Shown piece by piece: positions 10,921 to 21,467 of a DNA stretch of 64,000 bases (within the stretch, counting starts at the first letter, position 1; each line of letters opens with the position of its first letter). The notes under the pieces were generated by a model. That model was not told the origin of the DNA. It saw only the letters and a list, made by a program, of their open reading frames with translations, and did not search any database. This stretch comes from an uncultured Nitrososphaerales archaeon. Its GTDB lineage: Archaea; Thermoproteota; Nitrososphaeria; Nitrososphaerales; Nitrososphaeraceae. The translations under genes were made by a program, and so were the position numbers. The stretch is taken from positions 1,472,001 to 1,536,000 of the forward strand of contig CAVOHZ010000010.1 in assembly GCA_963695855.1 (NCBI GenBank). Direction: 5' to 3'.

Positions 10921-12303
10921 CTATTTTTTATTTTTTATTTTTTTGTACTTTTTTTCTAATGTTCTATATAATTCATTTTCCTGTTTAATTTGCTTGCTTT
11001 GTGCTTCAATATATTCATCGAATTTTTCAGGCTTTTTCTTTCTGTTGTTGGCGTTGGCAAAATCTAGGCTTTCATACTCAACATTTAACGTTTTTGCCCT
11101 TTTCCTATGTTCTTCTGCCAGATTAAATTTCTCTTCAATACTACGTAATTGTTCCTGCAGACTTTGAACCTGAGATTTTACGTCTTCCTGACTTTTTATC
11201 TTGTTTGCAAGTTCTATCTTTTCCAGGCGTTCCCGTTCCACGCTGTTTATTGTTAGCATTGGTTCTACGTACAGATAGTCTGCCTTACGTTCTGGAGTGC
11301 ATTCGAGCAACTGTTTAGTAGTGGGTACGAGATAGGAATTTCTTACACCTGGCATCTTATGGCCTGTAAGTAGATCAGCCCAATCCGGAAGCATACCGCC
11401 TTCATTTACTACCTGAGAAGTGAAGAACTTGCGAAATGCATGAATCATTGCAGTTGGATGTTGCTTTCCTATCATCACTCTTCTGTTCTTTTTATCATAG
11501 GGAAGTTTCTTCTTTAATGGCGAATGCTTCGTTAATAGCTCATTAATCAGATACGATATAGTTGGCCTCTTTATCTTCTGCGGATTCATTACCTTCAGCC
11601 TGTCTGCAGTATTAAACTGTTCCCTTATGAGAGAGCTCGAGTTTTTTAACTCTTCACCGCAATTTTTCCTATATTCTAGGTAAGAATCGATTGCCCTGGC
11701 GCATTCCCTGGAGCAAAATGTTGTATAGGCTTCTTTGAAATCGTTGTAAACTGTTATCTCATATATGCCGTTGTGGTCCTCATTTTTCTTCAGATCTCCC
11801 ATTACCAGGTCAGGCACTGCGCCAAGACGCATACCGTTGGATGCCATCAGTAAGATAGCTACCTTGGTCCTTGGGTCACGCGCATTCTCAAGCATTATCT
11901 GAATCTCTTCAAGCGTGTAGCCTCTATCCTTTCCTTTCTTCGCTGGTCCTGTATCCTCTCCCAAATGGTTCTTAATGCGTTTCCATTTAAATTCAAAATC
12001 AGAATTTTCATAGTAAAAGGCCTTTATGGCACTTAGATAATGATTTGCAGTTTGGTATGTCACCCCCCTCTCCTGGCGCAAATATACCAGGTATGACTTT
12101 ATCTGGATTTCAATGGCGTTTTTGTCCTTTCCTTCCACTAAATCGGCATAATTTCCTTCAGGAATCCCCAGAAATCGCATAAAATCCTTAATAGTCATGC
12201 CATAATCGTCCTTTGTGGCCTTGCTACTCAGGGAATTTATAAAGTTTGCATAGTAAATATCGTGGTTTGTGTGTGTTATTTGTTGGTCCAGAATCCTCTG
12301 CAT
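10921..12303 (-). CDS. Tyrosine recombinase/integrase with C-terminal coiled coil
   Basis: GMRLG, HAFRK, LTGH and SYL catalytic motifs. Confidence 0.93.
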   Translation of the reverse strand: MQRILDQQITHTNHDIYYANFINSLSSKATKDDYGMTIKDFMRFLGIPEGNYADLVEGKDKNAIEIQIKSYLVYLRQERGVTYQTANHYLSAIKAFYYENSDFEFKWKRIKNHLGEDTGPAKKGKDRGYTLEEIQIMLENARDPRTKVAILLMASNGMRLGAVPDLVMGDLKKNEDHNGIYEITVYNDFKEAYTTFCSRECARAIDSYLEYRKNCGEELKNSSSLIREQFNTADRLKVMNPQKIKRPTISYLINELLTKHSPLKKKLPYDKKNRRVMIGKQHPTAMIHAFRKFFTSQVVNEGGMLPDWADLLTGHKMPGVRNSYLVPTTKQLLECTPERKADYLYVEPMLTINSVERERLEKIELANKIKSQEDVKSQVQSLQEQLRSIEEKFNLAEEHRKRAKTLNVEYESLDFANANNRKKKPEKFDEYIEAQSKQIKQENELYRTLEKKYKKIKNKK

Positions 12304-12362
12304 ACTAGTGGTTGAAACACTAAAACTACTATTTATTGCTAGTATATGTTTGAAGTAATTTC

Positions 12363-14003
12363 TTATACTGTGATTGTGTGATATCCAGTAGCTCCGTCTG
12401 GAAATGGTTTCGTTAACTCAGAAGTTTGAACTTTTCCAGTTTTGTCCGTCGCTCGCACTATAATTTTGTAATTTTTCGCATCAGGAGGAACATATCCTGC
12501 TGTCCAAAGTACCCAAGTGTATTTTGAAAGTGGATCCTTTATTTGAGCAGTCTTCCATGTAGAACCACCATCTGTACTTACCTCAATCTTGGAAATTCCT
12601 TGATCACCTCCAAAAGCTATTCCCGCAATAGGCATCCCATTATTAATTGAATTGTTGGAAATTTCATCTAATCCTCTAAATCTCTGGCGTATCGGAGCGC
12701 GTCCTGGAATTACGATTGATGAGCCAGTTTGATAGTTTGCTAGATTAGTCCATCCATTTCTTTGCCAATATCCTTCATACACACCACTGACCAACTCTAT
12801 TTCAGTTATCCACTTTGGATTCATCATACCGTAAAGCCCAGGTACGATAGCTCTTAGTGGAAATCCATGTTTCGAGGTTAAAGGAGTAGTATTCATTTCA
12901 TAGGCTAATATCGTTTCATCCATCAGTCCCTTCGCTAGAGGTATTCCTACATCATAACCATCAGAACATCGGAATACTATATATTGTACATTTGAATTAA
13001 GTATTGCTTTTCCAAGAATATCCTTAAGACGTACTCCTTTCCATAATGCAGTACCAATAAGATCTCCGCCGATCTTGTTACTTATACATTCTAAGGTAAC
13101 ATATTCTTCAATTGAGGGCATTGTCTTTATCTCTTCATAACTTAACGATATTGGATTATCCACCAATCCATTTATCTTAAGATTCCAACTACCGACGTCA
13201 ACTTCTGGAATAACTGGATTTATATCTATGCGATAAAATAAATATGTTGGCGTAACTTCGGAGGCAAGAAGAGAGGCAAGTTTTGGGTCTTTGAATCCTT
13301 GTGGAATTGATACGGATTTTGGTATCAGATTAGGTAAATTTTTAGTTATTTCCTTATCTTCTTGTATTGAAAATAAACGATTTAGTCCAAAAAAAATAAC
13401 AGGTAAAGAAATAATAGATGCGATCATAAGACGGATAAATTCGCCTCTTCCATAGTATAGTCCACTCTTATCATCTATGACATTGTTCGTAAGATGTTCT
13501 TTTTGTACCGGTACGACTTTTTTCGAAAAGGATGAAAAAAGCAGTCCAAATACAATTTGTGATGGTATAAGAGAGAGCATAATCACATAAAAAGGAATTA
13601 TTTGAATGCCACTTCTAGCTTGAATTGTTGTTACTAACAAGATTGCAATTGACACTAATAATATATACAATATTGATGACGATAAGACTACTTTCTTAAA
13701 ATATCCAGTAATACCATATTTAATAAATATTCTACCAAGGAATATTGAAGAGAGTCCATAAATTAAGATATTTGTGATTATTGCTCCTATAAATGTAGAA
13801 TATTTGGCAAGAGGACCTAAAGTCTCTGTTGCCTCGGATTCAAATTCCCCAGGGGTTAAAGAAAATAATGCCTGTGATGCAAGCTCTGGAAGAAACAGGC
13901 CATCACCAAATTCCTTTATCAGAAGAGATAGTGCAATGGAAGCTACTCCTGAAACGATCCCTGCAAGAAATAAAAATGCAACGTAATTCGACCTATGGGT
14001 CAC
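12363..14003 (-). CDS. Membrane-anchored molybdopterin oxidoreductase, sulfite oxidase family
   Basis: TLECISN, HGFPLRAIVPGLYG, KWITEI; C-terminal dimerisation domain; N-terminal TM helices. Confidence 0.92.
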   Translation of the reverse strand: MTHRSNYVAFLFLAGIVSGVASIALSLLIKEFGDGLFLPELASQALFSLTPGEFESEATETLGPLAKYSTFIGAIITNILIYGLSSIFLGRIFIKYGITGYFKKVVLSSSILYILLVSIAILLVTTIQARSGIQIIPFYVIMLSLIPSQIVFGLLFSSFSKKVVPVQKEHLTNNVIDDKSGLYYGRGEFIRLMIASIISLPVIFFGLNRLFSIQEDKEITKNLPNLIPKSVSIPQGFKDPKLASLLASEVTPTYLFYRIDINPVIPEVDVGSWNLKINGLVDNPISLSYEEIKTMPSIEEYVTLECISNKIGGDLIGTALWKGVRLKDILGKAILNSNVQYIVFRCSDGYDVGIPLAKGLMDETILAYEMNTTPLTSKHGFPLRAIVPGLYGMMNPKWITEIELVSGVYEGYWQRNGWTNLANYQTGSSIVIPGRAPIRQRFRGLDEISNNSINNGMPIAGIAFGGDQGISKIEVSTDGGSTWKTAQIKDPLSKYTWVLWTAGYVPPDAKNYKIIVRATDKTGKVQTSELTKPFPDGATGYHTITV

Positions 14004-14106
14004 GTAATTATATTAAACCTACACGATTTAAGGTTTATCATACTTTAAGTTTTTGATAGGTTTTAGATTAAAAGTGGTTTTCAAAAAATTATCAGTATAG
14101 AATAAT

Positions 14107-14454
14107 CTACTTAGTAAAATTCATGATACTCATCTTTTCCATTGTTCTTATCATGTTCATCATATCCATCATCTGCTTTTCATGCATTTTGATTCCGTCC
14201 TGTGTCAGGTTTAATTGTATTAGCGCGCCCTTGATATTTCCTTCTTCTAGATCCATAACTGCCTCCATCAAATGCATCTTAGCATTATCAAGTGATGAAC
14301 CAAATGTCATATTAAGTCCTGGCATCATTAGACTAACATTATCTTGAATTGAACCAAATGTTTCGGAAATAAAATTTACCAAAAATGTAAATATAATAAA
14401 TGTGGTAACAAAACTTAATTTTGTAAATAAGAATCCTTCTTCCATTATTTTCAT
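14107..14454 (-). CDS. Met-rich exported hypothetical protein
   Basis: N-terminal hydrophobic segment; Met-rich helices. Confidence 0.65.
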   Translation of the reverse strand: MKIMEEGFLFTKLSFVTTFIIFTFLVNFISETFGSIQDNVSLMMPGLNMTFGSSLDNAKMHLMEAVMDLEEGNIKGALIQLNLTQDGIKMHEKQMMDMMNMIRTMEKMSIMNFTK

Positions 14455-15066
14455 AAATTATAAAATAATTATAATTATTATTAAGAATTGCTAATACAAG
14501 AATATAATATTAAAAATGACTGACAAATTTTAGGAAATTTAAATTTCAATATAAAAAGATGCGGTATAAATATATGAATATAAAATATCTAGGATGATAA
14601 AAATAACTGGTTATAGTTCTTTTTTGCACAACTATTATTTTGTTAATTTTAACCAAAAAGAAGACCTCAGACTTATTTAAGAAATCCGTTTTTGTCAATT
14701 TATTGCTAAGCAAAGCAGTACAAAGAACAAATGATATTTTCGCAGCTTCTATTATATTTCCCTTAGTGGTTTCCTCTGTTTTTTATAAGAATGATATTAG
14801 CAGGAGGTATCTTATGAAGGCGTGTTCAGTGGCAGACCTAATATATCTTTATTTGATACATTGAACATTTTGTTGTAAGGGTCTGATTTATTATTTAATA
14901 ATTTTTACACTTTTTATACATTGTTCACCGTACCTTGTTTTTTCAGATGTCGTAATTAAATTGGACCGTTATATAAATAATCAAAGCGACGCCAGCTATT
15001 TGTTCTCTTAAACTCAATACAATTTTATAGTTAAAGGTAGATTTTTTTTGCTAGAATCGATTTGAG

Positions 15067-16095
15067 TTAACCTCCTATTGTATGCATAAGGTTTAAGGTT
15101 GGTTTAAGTGCATTTAGTCTAATTAATTTTACTATTCCCTCTGGTTTCTTTTTTTGACACATATATATATAATCCATTATATCTTTGTCTGTCTTACCAG
15201 TACGTATCAACGATTTTAAATCATATCCTTTTTGATCAAATAGACAAGTAAGAAATTTTCCATCAGATGTCAATCTTACCCTATCACAATTGCTACAAAA
15301 GGGTTCTGTAATAGAAGAAATGAATCCGATTGTTCCTTTACCGTCAGCGAAATTATAGATAGTCGCGGGGTCAGAACATTGGTAATTGCTATCTTTTAAA
15401 GGAAATATATCCATAAAATTAGAACTAATTTTGTTTATTATCTCGTTCTTGCTTACTACCAGATCATTGTTCCAAATACCTGTCCCATCAAGTGGCATAA
15501 ATTCAATAAACCTTACAAGTACGTTGTAGTCTCTTGCAAATTTTGCGAAATTTATTATTTCATCATCATTCCAATTTCGTATTACTACTGTATTAATTTT
15601 TATTTTTAATCCTAAATCCCTAGCCTTTTGAATTCCTTTTATAACCCGGTTCAAATTAGATATACCGTTGAGTGTTCTAAATCGCTCTTCACTGAATGTA
15701 TCAAGACTAATATTTAGGCTTGTAATTCCAGCATATGACAATTGATCTATTTTTTCTTCTAATAGCATACCATTTGTTGTCATACTGATAGTTTTTATTT
15801 TGCTGATCTTTTTTAGATCAGTAATAAGATTTTCTAGGCATGGTCTAAGTAATGGTTCTCCTCCAGTTATTCTAATTTTATTGATACCTAAATCTGCGAA
15901 AATTGATGTGATTCTTACAATTTCTTGAAAACTAAGAATTTCTTTATCTTCGAACCATTTAATATTATGTTGAGGCATACAATAGATACATTTCATATTA
16001 CACTTGTCTGTCACAGAAATTCTTAGTTTCCTAGCAACTCTGTCAAAATTATCTCTTAAAAGTAATTCGTTAACATCTCGTTCCAAATTATTCAC
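15067..16095 (-). CDS. moaA: GTP 3',8-cyclase (molybdenum cofactor biosynthesis)
   Basis: Radical SAM CNMKCIYC, TGGEPLL, FCSNCDRVRL and C-terminal IGG. Confidence 0.97.
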   Translation of the reverse strand: MNNLERDVNELLLRDNFDRVARKLRISVTDKCNMKCIYCMPQHNIKWFEDKEILSFQEIVRITSIFADLGINKIRITGGEPLLRPCLENLITDLKKISKIKTISMTTNGMLLEEKIDQLSYAGITSLNISLDTFSEERFRTLNGISNLNRVIKGIQKARDLGLKIKINTVVIRNWNDDEIINFAKFARDYNVLVRFIEFMPLDGTGIWNNDLVVSKNEIINKISSNFMDIFPLKDSNYQCSDPATIYNFADGKGTIGFISSITEPFCSNCDRVRLTSDGKFLTCLFDQKGYDLKSLIRTGKTDKDIMDYIYMCQKKKPEGIVKLIRLNALKPTLNLMHTIGG

Positions 16096-16296
16096 TTGTA
16101 ACTTATTAGGTTATGAATTGTAAGATTTTCAAAAAAAAGATTGTTCCATTTCTCTCGGATATCATTAACTACTTTTTTCATACGAAGAATATTTTCATGA
16201 TGTTTTGTCACAGACTCCATACTATTCTTTACAATTAATTCTTATTATCTTTTTTTATGACTGTTAAGAATGTCTATGTTTGACAAGTTGTTTGTG

Positions 16297-16314
16297 AAAC
16301 TTACGTTTTAGAAC
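16297..16314 (+). other. att core 1 (AAACTTACGTTTTAGAAC)
   Basis: Exact reverse complement at 48787-48804. Confidence 0.85.
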
Positions 16315-16356
16315 CGAAGTTGTACCTTAAATTAAAGGATTTCGTATAAAAATGCG

Positions 16357-17688
16357 TTGCAAAAAGCGTCTTACATACCCAAAAATACACCTTATGAGAA
16401 CTTTCTGAACGCAATTCATAGTGATGACAGCAAGATTACGTATGGATATCATTTGAAAGGCTTCCTAAAATTCTGTGATTTTGACAATTACAAACAGTTA
16501 CTCGAGATTTCAGATAAGCAGAAGTTTCAAGCAATAAGGGAGTATATCGACCATAGAATTAACAAGGATAAGGTTTCCTATTCCAGTGTCAACCTGTCAA
16601 CTGCAGCAATAAAGTTATTTTATGAAATTAACGGGGTTGAAAGTATACCCAACTGGAAACAAATAACAAGACTTAAGGGTAAATTTAGACGTGTAGTAGA
16701 TGACGAACTTTATACTGATGAAGAAATAAAGTTATTGCTTGAACATGCTGACTTGACAGAGAAGGTTGCAGTCCTTACTTTGCTAACAAGCGGCATGCGT
16801 GTTGGTGCACTTGCAGGTTTGCGGTATAAAGATATCAAACCTGTGATTTTTAGAGATTTCAAATTTTACAGATTTGTACCTTATGGAGATGACTTAAATG
16901 AAAGGTATGTTACGTTCTGTACTCCTGAATGTGCTTCTATGATAGACATTTATCTCAAACACCGTAAAGAGAAGGAAAATGAGACACTGACAGATGATTC
17001 ACCATTTATCAAACATAAGACAAACTCTGTCTATGGAGTGAAGATGAAGGGGTTTTACAGTTCCAAGGGTCTTCAAAAAATGCTGGAACGTCTGAGATAT
17101 GACGCCAACATTGAAAGTAAGACTGCAGTAGAGTCGGGAAAACATACAGAGTCTGGAAGGATAAGAAAGCGTACAATGCGCGCACATGTTTTTAGAAAGA
17201 TTTTCAATACCAGATGTGTAGAAAGCAATGTTAACCATACTGTAAAGGAATCGTTAATGGGACATAAGGCAGGTTTGGGAATGGACGTGTCCTACTTTAG
17301 AGGAAGTAATATCAAAGAGTTAGCAGAATACTGGAAGGTTGTAGAATCATTAACGATAAGCAGAGAGAACAAACTATCGAAGAGACTCCAGGATAAAGAC
17401 AAGATACTAGAAATCAGACTGAAAGAGAGAGAAGATGAGATACAGGATTTATCTGCAAGAATAGAGAGATTAAGCGAAACAAGAGAACAGGAAATGGAAG
17501 CGGTTAACAGTCTAAAGAGTCAGGTCAAAGAGTTGGTGAAGGAGAAGAACGAGATAGAACGTAATTTTGTTGAAGTCGTACAGCACATACAAACCGGTTT
17601 TACTGACGTCATACAGAAGTCAGACGATTTGAGTAAAGAAGTAGAGAGACTAAAACGCACGAATAAGAAAAAAAGTATAAAAAAATAA
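16357..17688 (+). CDS. Tyrosine recombinase/integrase, intact
   Basis: GMRVG, HVFRK, LMGH, SYF; coiled-coil tail. Confidence 0.95.
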   Translation: MQKASYIPKNTPYENFLNAIHSDDSKITYGYHLKGFLKFCDFDNYKQLLEISDKQKFQAIREYIDHRINKDKVSYSSVNLSTAAIKLFYEINGVESIPNWKQITRLKGKFRRVVDDELYTDEEIKLLLEHADLTEKVAVLTLLTSGMRVGALAGLRYKDIKPVIFRDFKFYRFVPYGDDLNERYVTFCTPECASMIDIYLKHRKEKENETLTDDSPFIKHKTNSVYGVKMKGFYSSKGLQKMLERLRYDANIESKTAVESGKHTESGRIRKRTMRAHVFRKIFNTRCVESNVNHTVKESLMGHKAGLGMDVSYFRGSNIKELAEYWKVVESLTISRENKLSKRLQDKDKILEIRLKEREDEIQDLSARIERLSETREQEMEAVNSLKSQVKELVKEKNEIERNFVEVVQHIQTGFTDVIQKSDDLSKEVERLKRTNKKKSIKK

Positions 17689-17697
17689 AAAAATAGG

Positions 17698-17901
17698 TTA
17701 GAAAGAAGATTCGTCTATTTCCTCCTCGTATCCTAGCGCCCACTCCAAAGCGTGAATTAATCCAGTGATATAATTAAAGTCACGCCTTATTTCAGCAGAT
17801 GTATCCGAATCCGAACCGCTAATGCTAGTAGAATCCTGATGATCTTCCCGTACTTTGTAGTAATGGGATAATTTATCCCTAATTTCTTGTTCTGATTTCA
17901 T
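17698..17901 (-). CDS. Small hypothetical protein downstream of SWIM
   Basis: MKSEQEIRDKL...IHALEWALG; purine-rich RBS upstream. Confidence 0.7.
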   Translation of the reverse strand: MKSEQEIRDKLSHYYKVREDHQDSTSISGSDSDTSAEIRRDFNYITGLIHALEWALGYEEEIDESSF

Positions 17902-17945
17902 GCTCTCACTCTCTTTTAATTTAACTACAGATGTAACATCGGGAA

Positions 17946-18335
17946 TTAAAATGAATAGTCGTCGTTTTCCCAGGACTTGGGTGTTTTTACTATCATTGTT
18001 GTGGATTCTGTTGTTGCTATTACAATATCCTTCTTTACTAGTACGTCAGCAGGTAACTTTGGAACTTCCTTTATCGTATTGAATCTTATCGCGTACTCTA
18101 TCGCATAGAGGTGCTTACATTTCTCGCCTCTTGTCGAATTGTCGAAACATGAGCACCATTCAAACGAGGTAGGTTCAAATCTTACGAAATAGTACCTTCC
18201 GTCACTGCTTTCGGACTCGACATAAAAGGTGTCCTTGTTCTGTAGGCGGTACACTCGGCGGGATAGGGCCAGCACCCTACCCCGTCCTTCTCGTCTATTT
18301 TTCTTCTCAATTTTAGAAACTTCTGTTTGTTTCAT
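17946..18335 (-). CDS. SWIM zinc-finger protein
   Basis: CSCFD...CKH motif. Confidence 0.9.
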   Translation of the reverse strand: MKQTEVSKIEKKNRREGRGRVLALSRRVYRLQNKDTFYVESESSDGRYYFVRFEPTSFEWCSCFDNSTRGEKCKHLYAIEYAIRFNTIKEVPKLPADVLVKKDIVIATTESTTMIVKTPKSWENDDYSF

Positions 18336-18476
18336 ATTTGTAATAATATAATACTTATACTTGATATATAATCATTATGCTATAATACCCTTTAGCATAT
18401 TTCGAGATACTTCCATATACTCCTCTATGTCTACAATATAATCTCTATATTATAGTATAGTTATAATAGTGGTACA

Positions 18477-18635
18477 ATGTTAATAGAAAATGAAGAATTG
18501 GAAAAGAGATCAACTATAGCAATCTCCGATGATTTGCGTAATGCCTTGAAGGATTTAGGTAAGAAGGGTGAGAGTTATGAAGATGTTATCTGGAAACTTG
18601 TAAACTTCTATAATGAGAAACAGCATAAGAAATGA
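18477..18635 (+). CDS. Ribbon-helix-helix regulator (52 aa, not in the ORF track)
   Basis: MLIENEELEKRSTIAISDDLRNALKDLGKKGESYEDVIWKLVNFY...; divergent from SWIM. Confidence 0.8.
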   Translation: MLIENEELEKRSTIAISDDLRNALKDLGKKGESYEDVIWKLVNFYNEKQHKK

Positions 18636-18823
18636 CTACTACTACAATAGATAAAGAAAAGATACAAGAATTGATAAAAAAGTATCAAGAACATATTGAA
18701 GTACTAGAATGTAGAAAACCTGAAGATGTACCTAAACACCTACAATCACTTGCAACTAGTTTTGCGGGGATGGCCTTCAGTTTGAGGTTAATAATCAAAG
18801 ACTTGGAGGAATTATTGAAATGA
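18632..18823 (+). CDS. Hypothetical protein (variable cargo)
   Basis: ATGA overlaps on both sides. Confidence 0.7.
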   Translation: MTTTTIDKEKIQELIKKYQEHIEVLECRKPEDVPKHLQSLATSFAGMAFSLRLIIKDLEELLK

Positions 18824-19080
18824 CTTCCCAAAATAATATTCCAGATGAGAATCAACCATTAGCAGTATTTCCAATACATGAAAGAACACTCTGTTGTATC
18901 GTTCCATGTGAAAGACCTGTAAGTGTCTATGTAACGCTCGATTATAATGTACATGTAAATTTTGGAGCACTTGGAGAACAGCAGCAGATAATGGTTCCAC
19001 TTTGCCAATTTCATTATAATAAAGCATGGAATGAAAATGAAAAAGATTTAGCAAATTCACTGAGTAAAGAAAAGAAATGA
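18820..19080 (+). CDS. Small Cys/His (Zn-binding) protein (variable cargo)
   Basis: CCIVPC...LCQFH; ATGA overlaps. Confidence 0.7.
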   Translation: MTSQNNIPDENQPLAVFPIHERTLCCIVPCERPVSVYVTLDYNVHVNFGALGEQQQIMVPLCQFHYNKAWNENEKDLANSLSKEKK

Positions 19081-20024
19081 CTTCATACAAAAATGCTCCA
19101 ATACGAAAATGGAAGATGGATGAGTTAACCAAAAAACTCAAAGGTATTGAAGAACATGAAGGACGCAAGTTAACCCAAGTGGAAAAGATATATCATATAT
19201 TTGCACATACGTTCAAACATTATGATACTGAAGAAGAAGAAGAAACTAAAGGTGTATCAGCAAGAGAACTTATTTTAATTCTAAATATATCATATGATAA
19301 TTATCCTTATGGTTATGGTAGAAGTAATAAGATAACAACGCAGGACATAACAATGTCTGAAAATGGTTATGATTGGGCTGGTAAGCGTGTATATAAAGCA
19401 GTTCAAAATCTAAAATCAACTATTCAAAGATTTAAGGATTGGCAGGAAGATGGATTTAGTGGTCAATACCAAGATAATGATACTGCATTTAATATCTATT
19501 GTCTAAAAACAAAGAAGGGAAACTGGTACTACTACAACGTAATGAACGATAAAGATTTAGAAAAAATGAAGTTGCACAAAGCAAAAATGGCTTTAGGATA
19601 CCAGAAACATATCAGGAAATTAGATGAAGAATTAGACAAGATTGAATTAAACCCAGAAGAATACAAAAAGAAGAAAGAAAAAGAAGCAGCAGAATTAAAG
19701 AAGCAACAAAAAAGAAGGGTGATAAACACGTATAAACGACTAATGGAAATGGAAGGTAAACTAGGAAGAAAAAGTAGACATGATTATGTAGAAGAAATTA
19801 AAAAAAGATTATCATATATTACTACAAAAGAAGAAGATAATGAAGTTGAATTAGAACTTGAACAATATGCTGCAGAAATAGAAATAAAACAAATGAAAGC
19901 CGATTTGAAGGAACAACAGAAAAAAGAGAAGGAATTATGGGATAAAAAACCGCATGTAGATGTTTCATTGAATAAGAAAATGGAAGAATACGTTATTGAA
20001 GAAAAGGAAGGTAATAAGAAATGA
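19077..20024 (+). CDS. Hypothetical protein with charged coiled-coil C-terminus (variable cargo)
   Basis: 315-aa ORF coupled to the upstream gene. Confidence 0.8.
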   Translation: MTSYKNAPIRKWKMDELTKKLKGIEEHEGRKLTQVEKIYHIFAHTFKHYDTEEEEETKGVSARELILILNISYDNYPYGYGRSNKITTQDITMSENGYDWAGKRVYKAVQNLKSTIQRFKDWQEDGFSGQYQDNDTAFNIYCLKTKKGNWYYYNVMNDKDLEKMKLHKAKMALGYQKHIRKLDEELDKIELNPEEYKKKKEKEAAELKKQQKRRVINTYKRLMEMEGKLGRKSRHDYVEEIKKRLSYITTKEEDNEVELELEQYAAEIEIKQMKADLKEQQKKEKELWDKKPHVDVSLNKKMEEYVIEEKEGNKK

Positions 20025-20105
20025 CTTTTTTTTGCTAGAAAAATAGCAATTTTCTTTGCTATTTTAATCAAAAATATTTTTATTATATTTCTCTATTAAA
20101 ATAAA

Positions 20106-20357
20106 TTGATTGGAGTGACAAGAAATAGTAAGTTTTTTGGTAATTATACCAGAACAGATCCAACGAACATTGTTAGAACTATGCAACTGTCCGAACAGAC
20201 GTTTCAGATGTTGAAAGAGCATGCTTCCCGGTATTACTCAACTCCCTCGTATGATGAAGTGCTTGTTAATCTGGTAAAGTTCTATGAACAGCACGAGGGT
20301 GCAAAACATTACACTCATTATAACAGTATCAATGCTAATATTGTGACTATCGATTGA
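20106..20357 (+). CDS. Small RHH-like protein
   Basis: TMQLSEQTFQMLK...SYDEVLVNL; homologue at 8756-8979. Confidence 0.7.
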   Translation: MIGVTRNSKFFGNYTRTDPTNIVRTMQLSEQTFQMLKEHASRYYSTPSYDEVLVNLVKFYEQHEGAKHYTHYNSINANIVTID

Positions 20358-20450
20358 CTAACTAACCAACCAATAATTAAATTAATTAAATAAATTAATA
20401 AAAAATAAAATAAAAAAAATAAAAAAAATTGATGATTATATTTAGGGTGG

Positions 20451-21131
20451 TTATCCTATAATGAATTCAACTCCTGCGTCTTCAAGACATTCTATCAAAT
20501 CATCAACAACTTCTGGATCTACACTAGGTAGAGCCAACCTGAAAGCATCTTCAGGAATGACTGATCCATCTTCAGGATTAACAAATAGTATACAAAATCG
20601 TTCGATCGATTCAACTCCAAATAGTTCTACAAAAGTGGTAATTTCGTCTGGAGATAGAAATTCTTCAAAACATTCTTCACATGTTCTTTGTGGAGTACTA
20701 GTTCTTATCTGTTCATTCGCATTAACATTTACACATATATTTACCAGGTTCTTGTTGAAGTTTATTTTATCGAAGCCATTTCCATTTTGTGCGTTTGCTG
20801 CGTCTGGACCTGCTTGTTCGTTTGCTGCTGCAGTAGCAGTAGTGTCTTCAGGTATTTGGGTAATATCTATACCATTTACATTTATGTTACTGTTAACACA
20901 GGATATTTTCTGGATGTCTGTATGAGAACTCTTTTTTTGATGGTTATCGTCATAACTATATCTATTGTCGTCATGGTAATAGTTATTGTCGTATCCGTAT
21001 TCATTGGCGTACAATTCCGCTTGTGCGTTTTCTATCATTGATGGGTTTAGAGCCAGCAATCCTGTCGCTAGTATTGCTCCTAGTATAGAAGCAAAAACTA
21101 TCTTTTTGCTGTTGTTATTACTATTGCTCAA
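20451..21131 (-). CDS. Secreted surface protein (LNPSMIENAQA family)
   Basis: Signal peptide, Tyr/Asp-rich linker and Cys pairs; paralogue at 7447. Confidence 0.85.
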   Translation of the reverse strand: MSNSNNNSKKIVFASILGAILATGLLALNPSMIENAQAELYANEYGYDNNYYHDDNRYSYDDNHQKKSSHTDIQKISCVNSNINVNGIDITQIPEDTTATAAANEQAGPDAANAQNGNGFDKINFNKNLVNICVNVNANEQIRTSTPQRTCEECFEEFLSPDEITTFVELFGVESIERFCILFVNPEDGSVIPEDAFRLALPSVDPEVVDDLIECLEDAGVEFIIG

Positions 21132-21467
21132 TACATTGTTAAATACGAATTTATTATATCTATGGTTGGAAGGAACATTATCTAATCTTGTAATATTTCA
21201 ACATTCTGAATGATTGACTATAAGAAGAATAGCAATTGATCTACAAGTATAATATGAAAGAAAATTAGATATTAATACCATTAGTTGAGATAAAGAATGA
21301 ATATTCACCTACTATTGTGTATATCATCTGCCAACAATGACAGGAAAATTAGTAGTGTTGCCATAACTATAGATAGTAAAAATAATTACTAATTACTAAT
21401 CCTTTCATTTTTTTATTTAGTTACGAACTGAAAAAACAACGTACAAAAAAATAAAAAATAAGAATTA

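Larger units (their letters stand above)
3409..12303. mobile_element. Element C: decayed copy of the integrase/SWIM/terminase element family, left part deleted
   Basis: Gene order terL, secreted protein, small RHH-like, variable ORFs, RHH, SWIM, integrase is collinear with element A read in reverse; many stops and frameshifts. Confidence 0.75.
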
